From: a virus
DNA length: 64,000 nt
IMG/VR virus record: IMGVR_UViG_3300032753_001573
Location: 64,001-128,000 of that record
Strand: one strand, 5' to 3'
Every line of letters starts with the position of its first letter. Within the stretch, counting starts at the first letter, position 1. The position numbers and the translations under genes were made by a program. Under the pieces are notes generated by a model. That model did not search any database. It saw only the letters and a list, made by a program, of their open reading frames with translations, and was not told where the DNA came from. Positions 49,593 to 58,802 of the stretch are shown piece after piece.

Positions 49593-49940
49593 ATGGAACA
49601 GGAAGAGATTGAGAAACATATCTATCAACTTAATCAGAGCATAAGATCTCTGTACAAATTTGAAATAAACAAAAAAGCCAAGAACCATAGTAACTATTAT
49701 GAATGGCAAACTTGTATAGATGAGTTAGGAGCAAAAGTCTTAATCTCTATGAAGAGTGGGCTTCCTCATAACGAGTGGATGATAATTTCACATCCAAATT
49801 ATAAAGTATATTTTCATAGAACATGGCCTGATTATGATAAAACTGGCGCCGATAGAATACTTGGCAGTTTGAAATTTAGTTGGGTAGGAGATATGAATCT
49901 GATGAAGCAGCACAGCATTTTTATGCAACTAAAAAACTAA
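49593..49940 (+). CDS. Hypothetical protein
   Basis: TTGACA promoter at ~49559. Confidence 0.5.
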   Translation: MEQEEIEKHIYQLNQSIRSLYKFEINKKAKNHSNYYEWQTCIDELGAKVLISMKSGLPHNEWMIISHPNYKVYFHRTWPDYDKTGADRILGSLKFSWVGDMNLMKQHSIFMQLKN

Positions 49941-49948
49941 AAATATTT

Positions 49949-50341
49949 TTATAAATTGTTACGTTGTTTTAAGTGTACTCTAAAGCTACCTGCAGGACCA
50001 TTCTTTCGACCTAGAGGTTCCCATTCTCTAATAGTTTTTGTAGCTCTGCACCAACTTTCAAATTCTCTAGCTATTTGGCCGCTTTTGCCAGTTATGACCA
50101 CAACACTCTTGTCGCCATTCTTGTGATGCTGATCTATAAACTCTTTGAATCGCAGCCACGCTTCGTTTACAGGAAATCCGTGCAGATCCAGCTTGCGAGT
50201 AGTAACTTCGCTATAGGTATATTTTGGTATGAACGTGTCTCTGATATCTCGCAAATGAGATATATACCGTTGCCACATATCTCGATCTCTAGGATTAAGG
50301 GTATCTGAGGACTCGTTCATTGAATATACCTTGTGTTGCAT
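49949..50341 (-). CDS. Smr-domain endonuclease (start may be 50320)
   Basis: KLDLHG, VVVITGKSG, G.AGSFRV; N-terminal L..RD..MW segment as in stand-alone Smr proteins. Confidence 0.85.
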   Translation of the reverse strand: MQHKVYSMNESSDTLNPRDRDMWQRYISHLRDIRDTFIPKYTYSEVTTRKLDLHGFPVNEAWLRFKEFIDQHHKNGDKSVVVITGKSGQIAREFESWCRATKTIREWEPLGRKNGPAGSFRVHLKQRNNL

Positions 50342-50354
50342 CTATAAATAATAG

Positions 50355-50783
50355 ATGCAGATGAGAGAATTAATCAAGATACTAGAACAAGTAAATGATA
50401 GCAGTAACAAAATAACACGTTCTGCATTCATATACCTGCCTCCAAAAACCCCCAAAGACAAATTCGCACAATGCAGTACCTGCCAATTGTTTTTACCAAA
50501 TGCACAACGTTGCGGAATTTTTGGTAAGAGTGATGTTGTAAAGGCATCTGCATCTTGCGGATTATATCTACATGGCAAACCGCATGATGATCAACCAATA
50601 CAAGACATTGTCACACCAGAACAAGCAGGATATGTTGATCATGCTGTTAGATGTGAAAATTGCAGTTGGTACAAAGATCGGCAATGCGATCTATTCAAAC
50701 TGTTGAATAGCAAAATACCAGATGCATTTGATTGCGATCCAAACGTTGAACCACAGGCTTGTTGCAATGCCTGGCAAGAATGA
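50355..50783 (+). CDS. Tandem HiPIP-like Cys-rich protein
   Basis: CSTC...C...ASCGLY and CENC...C...ACCNAW; TATAAATA late promoter. Confidence 0.55.
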   Translation: MQMRELIKILEQVNDSSNKITRSAFIYLPPKTPKDKFAQCSTCQLFLPNAQRCGIFGKSDVVKASASCGLYLHGKPHDDQPIQDIVTPEQAGYVDHAVRCENCSWYKDRQCDLFKLLNSKIPDAFDCDPNVEPQACCNAWQE

Positions 50784-50820
50784 CATTTGTATAATTTCAA
50801 TATTTGAACTATAATATAAG

Positions 50821-50863
50821 AGAGGACACGACACTCAACCCTCATAAAATATTCTGGTGTCAT
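50821..50863 (+). promoter_or_regulatory. Candidate preQ1-I-like pseudoknot riboswitch
   Basis: P1 GAGG/CCTC, A-rich tail ATAAAATA, loop GACAC pairing with GTGTC next to the SD; leads the operon containing queD. Confidence 0.5.
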
Positions 50864-50878
50864 CTTAGGAGAACATAG

Positions 50879-51058
50879 ATGGCAAAAATCATTATAACAA
50901 CTGATTCAGGTAAGACTTTTACAGTTGACACCCTAGACAAATATTTGATGGATACAAGTGATCTTGGATTGCAGTCTACAATTGAGTTGTTTAAAATTAT
51001 AGCAGAAGAAGTAGCAGCATTACATAATGCTGAAAAAGATTCTGTGGGAGTTAAGTGA
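50879..51058 (+). CDS. Small hypothetical protein (59 aa, not in ORF track)
   Basis: AGGAG SD; stop overlaps queD start (TGATG). Confidence 0.6.
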   Translation: MAKIIITTDSGKTFTVDTLDKYLMDTSDLGLQSTIELFKIIAEEVAALHNAEKDSVGVK

Positions 51059-51528
51059 TGGCCAAGTACGTATCGACAAAAACTTACAAGCAGCTAGGAC
51101 CAGTAGCATATAGGCAGTGGCGTGCAGACAGTCATTGTAATCAGATCCATGGATATGCACTCAGCTTCCATTTTGAGTTTGAATCAGATACACTTGATGT
51201 TAGAAACTGGGTAATGGATTTTGGTGGATTAAAGCCATTGAAGAGTTTGTTAGAAGATTGGTTTGACCATACTCTACTAGTAGCAGCCGATGATCCACAG
51301 CGCGAACACCTGCTCAATCTAGGCAAGCTTGGGCTAGCTAAAATTACAGAAGTAGAAAAGACTGGATGCGAAGGGCTAGCAGATTTCCTCTATGAATATG
51401 TAAACACTATATTTTTGCCAAATTACGGTGAGAAAGATCGCATATGGTGTAGCAGAGTTGAAGTAAGAGAGACTGATGCCAACATGGCCATGAGGATCGG
51501 CCATAGAGAAGATCGAGAATTTGATTAA
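51058..51528 (+). CDS. queD: 6-carboxy-5,6,7,8-tetrahydropterin synthase (QueD/PTPS family)
   Basis: HCNQIHGY, VMDFGGLK, FDHT, CE.LA, VRET. Confidence 0.88.
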   Translation: MAKYVSTKTYKQLGPVAYRQWRADSHCNQIHGYALSFHFEFESDTLDVRNWVMDFGGLKPLKSLLEDWFDHTLLVAADDPQREHLLNLGKLGLAKITEVEKTGCEGLADFLYEYVNTIFLPNYGEKDRIWCSRVEVRETDANMAMRIGHREDREFD

Positions 51529-51757
51529 ATTAAACGTTTACCATCTAAAATACTGATAAAATAATATATGCCCGGCTAATATTATGCGCGGGTATATATT
51601 TCTGCGTCACTGTCTTAAATACAGTTGATGTCGAACGTGAAGGACTATAAAACGCCGCAATATTTATATAATTTTCCAATGATATCAACAAGATATTTTT
51701 GTAATATTGACAGGCAGTCCTGCGCAGTATAAAACGTAAAAAAAGGAAGATTTAAGC

Positions 51758-52291
51758 ATGATAAAATTGATGAACGTTGCAGCCATCTGCACCTTATTAT
51801 TAACTGCCGCTGCTAGTGCAGCTGGTTATGATAGCGAATTGGAGGCATTGAACAAGAGATTTGTCGTTACTGATCCAGAAATTGCAAATGCCGATGCGTC
51901 GTCTAAAAGACAGATGACTTGCATTGCTCTAAATGTTTATTTTGAATCTAGAGGTACAATTGAACGACAGCAAGAAGGTGTAGCTTGGGTAGTCAAGAAT
52001 AGATCTAAGTCAAATAAGTTTGCAGGATCAAATATGTGTGATGTAGTATTTCAGAGAATGGGAGGATTTCCGCAATTTGCATGGATCGCACATCCAAGTA
52101 AGGGATATGAATCTGGATCTTGGAAGCAAGCCCAGGCTATTGCAAAAGGTGTATTTTATGATAGAATACCGGATCCAACCCACGGCGCATTAAGTTTTCA
52201 TGAAGTTAATCTTCCTGCAAAGTTTAGGAAATATGACAGAGGCGGATTGAGAATTGGAAGCCACGTATTCTATAACATAGCTGCTAAATAG
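51758..52291 (+). CDS. Secreted SleB/CwlJ-like cell wall hydrolase (Hydrolase_2)
   Basis: Signal peptide; CIALNVYFESRG, VAWVVKNR, QFAW, DPTHGAL, IGSHVFY. Confidence 0.88.
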   Translation: MIKLMNVAAICTLLLTAAASAAGYDSELEALNKRFVVTDPEIANADASSKRQMTCIALNVYFESRGTIERQQEGVAWVVKNRSKSNKFAGSNMCDVVFQRMGGFPQFAWIAHPSKGYESGSWKQAQAIAKGVFYDRIPDPTHGALSFHEVNLPAKFRKYDRGGLRIGSHVFYNIAAK

Positions 52292-52320
52292 TTGGCAATT
52301 ATCATCGAGGAATAAAGCCA

Positions 52321-53460
52321 ATGAGCATTTATCAGCCAATACCAACTTATTACAGAGTTACCTGGACAGCAAATAGCCCAACCGACTATACTGGTACAGG
52401 AGGTGTAACTCCATTCGGCAGTGTGCAGATGAATAACACTGTAGCAATCACTAGCACTGCTAGCAATCCCACTATGACCAACGGCGACATTATCATGTGC
52501 AACGATACTATGATAGGTCCGTTCACTGGTTCTAGCGGTTTAAGTGATGTGATTAACGCTTTCAACGCTATGACACAGTTTACAGGTGTAATGGCATCAC
52601 AAGACTTCACTGGTTATCTAACTCTGCAGAGCATTGATCCAGTGAGCGCATTTATCAGTCTCAGCAACTTCAGTGGTACACCGCTAACCACTTTGGGATT
52701 GCCAGATGGTGGATATGGTTTAGGTAATCCAATCTACGGCGGTAGTTTCTCAAGTCCAAATAATAATGATAATGTTGTTATTAACGGAACAACTGTTACC
52801 TTTGTTACCGGTTCACTGACTATAGCTGGTGTGATACGCACTATCAACAGTTACACGGCAAGCACCAATGTTGCTGCTATACAATTTGGTAACAGAATAC
52901 AACTTAACAGTCTAGATGGAGATCCAATATACTTTGGTGCAGGATCATCCGGAACCAGTGCTGCTATAGGATTTGCCGATAATACAGCATACGGCGGCAA
53001 CATGACTCTAGCACAAGCTGTTGCGATAGATCAAGGTAGGCTTCGTTGGAAAGGTATGGTAGATACCGTTGAAACCACTCTTACACCAGTCTATTGGGAT
53101 TCTATTGCTATGACAGGTAGTACTACAGACGGCGACAGTTTACCAACTACGCTTAGTTGGACTATAGGTGTCAGTCATCCAGAACAGTTGGTAACAGCTA
53201 CTCTTGCAGGCGAGCCAGAAACAGTTGGCACTATGCTGTATGGTACTGCTGCATTGACTCGTATGCTAGCTAGAGCATTAACTGGTACTTGGTCTGAGAA
53301 TAGGAAGGTATATAACAATACTTTAACTGTAAGGGGTGCGTATGCTCTTAGAGAGAATCCCATAATCATACAGTTTGTCACAGCTGGTCCTCTTGATACT
53401 CCTGCCAATATACATAAAATAGAAGGCAACTTGGACGTTGAGTTGATACCAAATACTTGA
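52321..53460 (+). CDS. Putative virion structural protein
   Basis: CTAAATA late motif; Thr/Gly/Ser-rich with internal ING..V...IN repeats. Confidence 0.6.
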   Translation: MSIYQPIPTYYRVTWTANSPTDYTGTGGVTPFGSVQMNNTVAITSTASNPTMTNGDIIMCNDTMIGPFTGSSGLSDVINAFNAMTQFTGVMASQDFTGYLTLQSIDPVSAFISLSNFSGTPLTTLGLPDGGYGLGNPIYGGSFSSPNNNDNVVINGTTVTFVTGSLTIAGVIRTINSYTASTNVAAIQFGNRIQLNSLDGDPIYFGAGSSGTSAAIGFADNTAYGGNMTLAQAVAIDQGRLRWKGMVDTVETTLTPVYWDSIAMTGSTTDGDSLPTTLSWTIGVSHPEQLVTATLAGEPETVGTMLYGTAALTRMLARALTGTWSENRKVYNNTLTVRGAYALRENPIIIQFVTAGPLDTPANIHKIEGNLDVELIPNT

Positions 53461-53512
53461 TGTATTGCTATCACATGTGGTATAATAGCATCATTGTGAT
53501 TGGATAAATTTG

Positions 53513-55270
53513 ATGTTAACAACCATTTTGATGTTCATAGCTGCTGTTTGTCTAAGTGCTATAGCTGGTTATTACAGCGTAGTAGGAATGACCAGCATCT
53601 TCAGTGGAGCACTAATTCCTATCATATTGATGACAGGAACACTAGAAGCTAGCAAACTGATAGTAGCTAGTTGGTTATCAAACAATTGGAACAAAACGCA
53701 TCTAGTATTGAGGTCATATTTAACTGTAGCTGTTTTGATACTCATGTTTATAACCAGCATGGGTATATTTGGCTTCTTGAGTAAATCGCACCTAGAGCAA
53801 GCTGCTGCAGGTGCAGAGCAACAAGCTCAGATACAACGTATTAAGGAAGAAATTGATAGACAGAATTCTATAATATCTGCAGCCAAGCAGAAGTTGTCTA
53901 ATCTAAGTGCCGACAGCTCAGCTGGCGATGTTGCTATCGATGAACGTATAGCACAGGCCAACAAGATAATTGACGATGCTAATCAACGTGCGCAACCTCA
54001 AATAGATGCTCAGCAGAAGATTATAGATCAAGAAAACTCTAAAATTGAATTGAGAGTTAAAAGTGTACAGACACAAATTGATGATATAGACAAGCAAGTT
54101 GCTACTTTAGATAGCATAGTCAAATCATTAGTAGATCAAGGTAAAACTGGACCTGCGCAATACAAGCAGCAGCAGCAAAAATCAGATAGAGACCGTCTAG
54201 CAAAGCAAAAAGCTGATTTGATAAAACAGATAGATGATATACGTAATGCTCCAGACGGCATAATCGATGCTGCAAAATCTGAAATCGCAAAGGTAAGATC
54301 CAGTGTTGATACTGAAGTTAAACAGGCTAAGGATACTATCAACAAAATGACTGCCCAACTTGGGCAGAATGTTGATACCAACAAAGTACAGGTTGAATCT
54401 GATCAACTCAATGCCAAGATAAAAGAAGCCAACGATCAGTTAGATCAGTTAACAACTACAAAGTTTAAGTTAGAGAGTGATAATCGCAAACTGGAAGTAG
54501 AAGTTGGACCAATCAAATACATAGCCCAGATGATCTACGGAGACAGCATAGATCAGAACCTATTAGAACGGGCAGTTCGCTGGGTTATTATGACACTGAT
54601 ATTTGTGTTTGATCCGCTTGCAGTGCTGATGTTGATAGCCGCTAATCAAAATATCGCCAGATGGAAAAAATCTAGATTAGGACCTAATGAAAATGACGTT
54701 GATTTAGATCAAATTAAAGATATAAAAGAATCACAGCAGTTTGGTAACTCTTTAGCAATTGAAATAAATCTCAAAGAAGTATCGTATGAAACTGATGCCA
54801 TTTTGGTTAATGAGATTGAAAAAGCTTTATCTGATATACATGAATCTAATGTAGAAATATTGGAAGATCTAACACCAATGGAATTTCCAAGTATTTCAAC
54901 TGACATACAGAATTCTGCTGTCGATACACAAATTCAGGATGACAAATCTTCAAAAATAGTGTTTAATGATTTTGATGAGGAGCAGTCGAAGTATGTTACG
55001 ATTGAGCAGCAAGAACCAACTGCAGCTGACGGATTTAAATCTCCGGTTGAACAGCAAATTGTCGAAGAGCTTTCGGTAGTTGTTGCGGATACTGAACAAA
55101 TACTTGCTAAATTACAGCAGGACCATGCTGATGAAAATTTACCACAATCAACCAATATTATTGAACAACAGACTGTTGAAGAACTATCTGTTGCTGTGGC
55201 AGACACTGAAAAATTACTTGCTAAACTACAGCAGGCACATGCAGATCGTATGAGGAAATATACTCCTTGA
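53513..55270 (+). CDS. Membrane-anchored coiled-coil protein
   Basis: N-terminal TM helices (TSMGIFGFLSK), long coiled coil, EVGPIKYIA, FVFDPLAV. Confidence 0.7.
   Translation: MLTTILMFIAAVCLSAIAGYYSVVGMTSIFSGALIPIILMTGTLEASKLIVASWLSNNWNKTHLVLRSYLTVAVLILMFITSMGIFGFLSKSHLEQAAAGAEQQAQIQRIKEEIDRQNSIISAAKQKLSNLSADSSAGDVAIDERIAQANKIIDDANQRAQPQIDAQQKIIDQENSKIELRVKSVQTQIDDIDKQVATLDSIVKSLVDQGKTGPAQYKQQQQKSDRDRLAKQKADLIKQIDDIRNAPDGIIDAAKSEIAKVRSSVDTEVKQAKDTINKMTAQLGQNVDTNKVQVESDQLNAKIKEANDQLDQLTTTKFKLESDNRKLEVEVGPIKYIAQMIYGDSIDQNLLERAVRWVIMTLIFVFDPLAVLMLIAANQNIARWKKSRLGPNENDVDLDQIKDIKESQQFGNSLAIEINLKEVSYETDAILVNEIEKALSDIHESNVEILEDLTPMEFPSISTDIQNSAVDTQIQDDKSSKIVFNDFDEEQSKYVTIEQQEPTAADGFKSPVEQQIVEELSVVVADTEQILAKLQQDHADENLPQSTNIIEQQTVEELSVAVADTEKLLAKLQQAHADRMRKYTP
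55049..55246 (+). repeat. Two 84-nt direct repeats (55049-55132, 55163-55246)
   Basis: EQQIVEELSVVVADTEQILAKLQQDHAD versus EQQTVEELSVAVADTEKLLAKLQQAHAD. Confidence 0.85.
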
Positions 55271-55303
55271 CCTCTTTGATCAATAAATAGAAATTATAGG
55301 AAA

Positions 55304-56569
55304 ATGAATATGGCAGGACAGAACAAGATCCTACGTCAATGCAGCTTCTGCGGCAAAAACCAGCTACAAGTGCAGAAACTAATCAATGGCAATGATGTGT
55401 ATATTTGCAATGAATGTGTAGATCTTTGTCACAGCATATTGTCGCAGGATGACGACTCAAAGCCGTCAAAGACTGACAAACGTATGATACCAGAGGTTAT
55501 CAAATCCTATTTGGATGAAAGAGTAATAGGCCAAGATACAGCAAAGACTATATTGAGTGTAGCAATTTACAACCACCTACAAAGGGTAGAGAATCCTATT
55601 GTAGACGGAGTAGAATTAGATAAGAGCAACCTATTGTTCATTGGACCCAGTGGTAGTGGTAAGACTTATTTGATACAAAATGTCAGTAAGCTACTTGATA
55701 TTCCTTTTGTAATTATCGATGCTACCAGTCTAACTGAAAGTGGTTATGTTGGATTAGATGTTGAGGATTGTATAGCACGTTTATATCAAGCATCAGGTGG
55801 GGATATTGATAAAACTCAGCGTGGCATTGTTTATATAGACGAGATTGACAAGAAAGGTCGTAAAGGAGAGAACGCTAGTATTACTCGCGATGTAAGCGGC
55901 GAGGGTGTGCAGCAAGCTCTTCTGAAAATGATCGAAGGTTGCGAAGTCAAAGTGCCTCCGCAGGGAGGTCGCAAGAATCCTCACGGCGAATATGTAACAG
56001 TGGATACCAAAAACATCTTGTTTATATTGGGCGGAGCGTTTGTTGGTATTGAAGATGTTGTTAGCAAGCGTCTAGATACCAATAACACTGGTATAGGATT
56101 TATGGCCACAATGCCTGGTGATAAACCAGACCCAGAACAAGTTCGCAAGATGATGAGGTCTGTAAAACATGAGGATGTAGCTAAGTTTGGTTTGATTCCA
56201 GAATTAATTGGACGTCTACCAATTATTGTTCCGTTTGATCACCTAAAAGAAGAGGATTTGATCAGAATTCTAACAGAGCCTAAGAATGCTGTAGTCAAGC
56301 AATTCCAAAAACAATTTGAACTTGATAATGTTAGGTTAGAGTTTAGGGATGCTGCATTGAAAGCGATAGCAGAACAAGCTATCGAAAAGAAAACTGGTGC
56401 TCGAGGATTGCGTAGCATCATAGAGAACATCCTGTTGCCCGCGCAGTTTGAATTACCGTCTCTGCAGGACAAGGGTGTAAGTACCGTGGTGGTCACGGAA
56501 AGCTGCGTCACTGATGGTCAGGACCCAGTTAAAATTTACAGGAGTGAAACAGAAGTTGCCAATAATTAA
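55304..56569 (+). CDS. clpX: ATP-dependent Clp protease ATP-binding subunit ClpX
   Basis: CSFC/CNEC zinc-binding domain, [30 protein letters not shown] loop, TGARGLR. Confidence 0.97.
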   Translation: MNMAGQNKILRQCSFCGKNQLQVQKLINGNDVYICNECVDLCHSILSQDDDSKPSKTDKRMIPEVIKSYLDERVIGQDTAKTILSVAIYNHLQRVENPIVDGVELDKSNLLFIGPSGSGKTYLIQNVSKLLDIPFVIIDATSLTESGYVGLDVEDCIARLYQASGGDIDKTQRGIVYIDEIDKKGRKGENASITRDVSGEGVQQALLKMIEGCEVKVPPQGGRKNPHGEYVTVDTKNILFILGGAFVGIEDVVSKRLDTNNTGIGFMATMPGDKPDPEQVRKMMRSVKHEDVAKFGLIPELIGRLPIIVPFDHLKEEDLIRILTEPKNAVVKQFQKQFELDNVRLEFRDAALKAIAEQAIEKKTGARGLRSIIENILLPAQFELPSLQDKGVSTVVVTESCVTDGQDPVKIYRSETEVANN

Positions 56570-57134
56570 TGGTGTTGCGAATCCTAGAGACCGCAGGCAG
56601 GCTGGAGATCTAATAAAGGATCAATATGCTGCAAATTATAACATACGACATCCGCAAGTTCGGTTAGTTGGAGATGATGGTTCTAATCATGGTGTCATAG
56701 ATACAAAACAAGCTATTGCTATGGCTCAGTTAGAAGATTTGGATCTAGTGCTAGTAAATACTTCTGCAAATCCTCCTGTCGCAAGGATATGCGACTATAA
56801 CAAGTTCATCTATGAGCAAAAGCGACACAAGAAAGAGCAAGATCGCAAGCTCAGAGAGCATGCCATCGTTGTCAAAGAAATACAGTTGCGACCCAGCATC
56901 AGCAATCATGATCTAGATATCAAGCTACAGCATGCTCGAGAATGGTTGGCAGACAATTGCAAGATCAAGATTGTGGTCAAATTCAGAGGGCGTGAGATGG
57001 CCTACAAATCCAAAGGATTTGAGATGATCAACAACTTTGTTGACAAGCTCGGTTGCAAGATTGAAAAGGCACCCGATATGAATAACAATACTTTGATAGC
57101 TATGGTAGCACCTGGTGCCAAAACTACCAAATAA
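56556..57134 (+). CDS. infC: Translation initiation factor IF-3 (start codon uncertain: TTG 56556 or ATT 56565)
   Basis: N..IR...VRLV, LDLVLV, PPVARICDY.KF.YE, KEIQLRP.I..HD, FRGRE. Confidence 0.92.
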   Translation: MPIINGVANPRDRRQAGDLIKDQYAANYNIRHPQVRLVGDDGSNHGVIDTKQAIAMAQLEDLDLVLVNTSANPPVARICDYNKFIYEQKRHKKEQDRKLREHAIVVKEIQLRPSISNHDLDIKLQHAREWLADNCKIKIVVKFRGREMAYKSKGFEMINNFVDKLGCKIEKAPDMNNNTLIAMVAPGAKTTK

Positions 57135-57194
57135 ATTTGACAATCACTTGTTAGAAATGGTATACATAAACGATCCAATTAGGAATGAGGAATC

Positions 57195-57506
57195 ATGAGC
57201 GACGATATTTTCTTTGGCAAACGCGGCATATCAGTTAAGGTTTTTAATAATAACATTAACGGTGCCCTAACGCAGCTTAAACGCAAGGTTAATGCCGAAG
57301 GCATCAATAAGGAACTACGCAAGCGAGAATGCTTTGAACCAAACACTGCAAAACGTAGGCGCAAGTTGGCTGAAGCACAGATACGTTGGAAGAAGAAGTA
57401 CGATCAAATTATGGAAGTACCTAAGCCCAAACGCAAGCTGAAGAAGAGGCAGTTGAAACAGCAGCAGGCGTCTGCAAATAATTCTTCTACAACTGTTCAG
57501 ACATAA
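57195..57506 (+). CDS. rpsU: Ribosomal protein bS21 homolog with C-terminal extension
   Basis: V.V.NNNINGALTQLKRKVNAEGI.KELRKRECFEP...RR. Confidence 0.88.
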   Translation: MSDDIFFGKRGISVKVFNNNINGALTQLKRKVNAEGINKELRKRECFEPNTAKRRRKLAEAQIRWKKKYDQIMEVPKPKRKLKKRQLKQQQASANNSSTTVQT

Positions 57507-57540
57507 TATCTAGTATCACAACAAAGTTTGTATCATGCTT

Positions 57541-57575
57541 ATGTGGACGAGATAAACTCGTCCACATTTTCTTAT
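57541..57575 (+). terminator. Intrinsic terminator
   Basis: ATGTGGACGAG-ATAAA-CTCGTCCACAT plus T-rich tail. Confidence 0.8.
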
Positions 57576-57616
57576 CTAGGTCTTGACAATTGTTACTTCA
57601 ATGACTACATATATTG

Positions 57617-57669
57617 TGTAGGATGCCAATAGGGTCCTACATTAACTTTCTTGCTTAACAAAGGAGAAA
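57617..57669 (+). promoter_or_regulatory. ROSE-like RNA thermometer leader of hsp20
   Basis: TTTCTT-G-CTT/AAG-GAGAAA hairpin with bulged G pairing the SD (UUGCU motif), preceded by a second hairpin. Confidence 0.7.
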
Positions 57670-57673
57670 CACT

Positions 57674-58172
57674 ATGTACGATAACACACTTGATTCAATC
57701 ATCAATCATCAACCAGCACCTCCGCACGCTCAATCGCAACTTTATTGGTTTTGAACCAACTCTAAGGCGTTTGACGCTAAGCGACTCGTTAGAAAACTCT
57801 GGAGGATATCCTCCTTATAATCTTGAAGTGATTGCAGATAATCACTATAGGATTACACTTGCGGTTGCTGGATTCAAGATGGAAGAGCTTGATATCACAT
57901 TAGCCGACAACAAGCTAACCATTAGTGGTACCACATCTCAACGTAGCGACAACGATGTTAGAACATTTGTACACAAGGGTATAGCAGAACGTAGCTTTAC
58001 TAGAAGCTTTATCCTAGCTGATCATGTGAACATCACTGGTGCTGAGTTGGAAAATGGTCTACTCACTATCGATCTAGAACAGGAAATACCAGAGGCATTG
58101 AAGCCTCGAAAGATTGCGATCAAACACAAAGACGTTATTGACGCAACACCTGTTAAATCGTCAAAGGCTTGA
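57674..58172 (+). CDS. ibpA: Small heat shock protein (Hsp20/IbpA)
   Basis: YPPYN, LAVAGF, HKGIAERSF.R.F.LA, A.LENGLL.I.L, KPRKIAI. Confidence 0.95.
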
Positions 58173-58228
58173 TTGACACGCACCCATATGATGCCTACAA
58201 TTAGGCATATGAAATAAAGGATGGAGCC

Positions 58229-58540
58229 ATGGTAGAGACCAAGAATGATGTAGTTGTAGCTGTCATTGAAAAGGTTGCCATGGCTCCTCCTAGAATGTGG
58301 AATGTGGTATTATTCAATGATGAAAAGACCACAATGGAATTTGTAGTTCTTGTTCTGATGCAGATCTTCTATAAGAGTTTTGAAGAAGCTCAAGATATCA
58401 TGATGAGTATACATGAGAATGGCAAGGGAGTTGCTGGCACTTATTCACTTGAGGTAGCATCTGCTAAACGAGACGACACTCTCAGCGTAGCAAGAACTAA
58501 TGGATTTCCACTCGTAGCAGAAATTGAGCCTAACGAATGA
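58229..58540 (+). CDS. clpS: Clp protease adaptor ClpS
   Basis: VVLFNDEKTTMEFVV, IHENGKGVAG.Y..EVA..K, GFPL. Confidence 0.93.
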   Translation: MVETKNDVVVAVIEKVAMAPPRMWNVVLFNDEKTTMEFVVLVLMQIFYKSFEEAQDIMMSIHENGKGVAGTYSLEVASAKRDDTLSVARTNGFPLVAEIEPNE

Positions 58541-58794
58541 TCAACGATTTTGACAAATTAAAATCTCAGCTCAATGAAGGTTGGGCTAGAGTAGAGTTTA
58601 CCAAAGTAGATGGCTCTAATCGCAGCATGCTCTGTACTCGAAATTTTGCTGAAATACCAGAGTCTCAAGTTCCTCATGGTACAGGAAAGAAACCAAATGA
58701 TTCTGTGCTAGGCGTGTTTGACCTAGAGAAGCAAGCTTGGCGTAGCATTCGAATTGATAACATACAGAGCTGGCAACCCGAACGCAACCTTTGA
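58537..58794 (+). CDS. WYL_2/SH3-like small protein
   Basis: FTKVDGSNR.M.CT, VFDLEKQAWRSIR. Confidence 0.7.
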   Translation: MINDFDKLKSQLNEGWARVEFTKVDGSNRSMLCTRNFAEIPESQVPHGTGKKPNDSVLGVFDLEKQAWRSIRIDNIQSWQPERNL

Positions 58795-58802
58795 GGTCTA
58801 TT

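Noticed and set aside
57582-57612. Definite RpoH promoter call for hsp20/dnaK
   Set aside because: The -35 CTTGA(C/A) fits, but the -10 match is imperfect and the hsp20 site also fits the TTGACA...TACATA promoters seen elsewhere. Kept only as a hypothesis.
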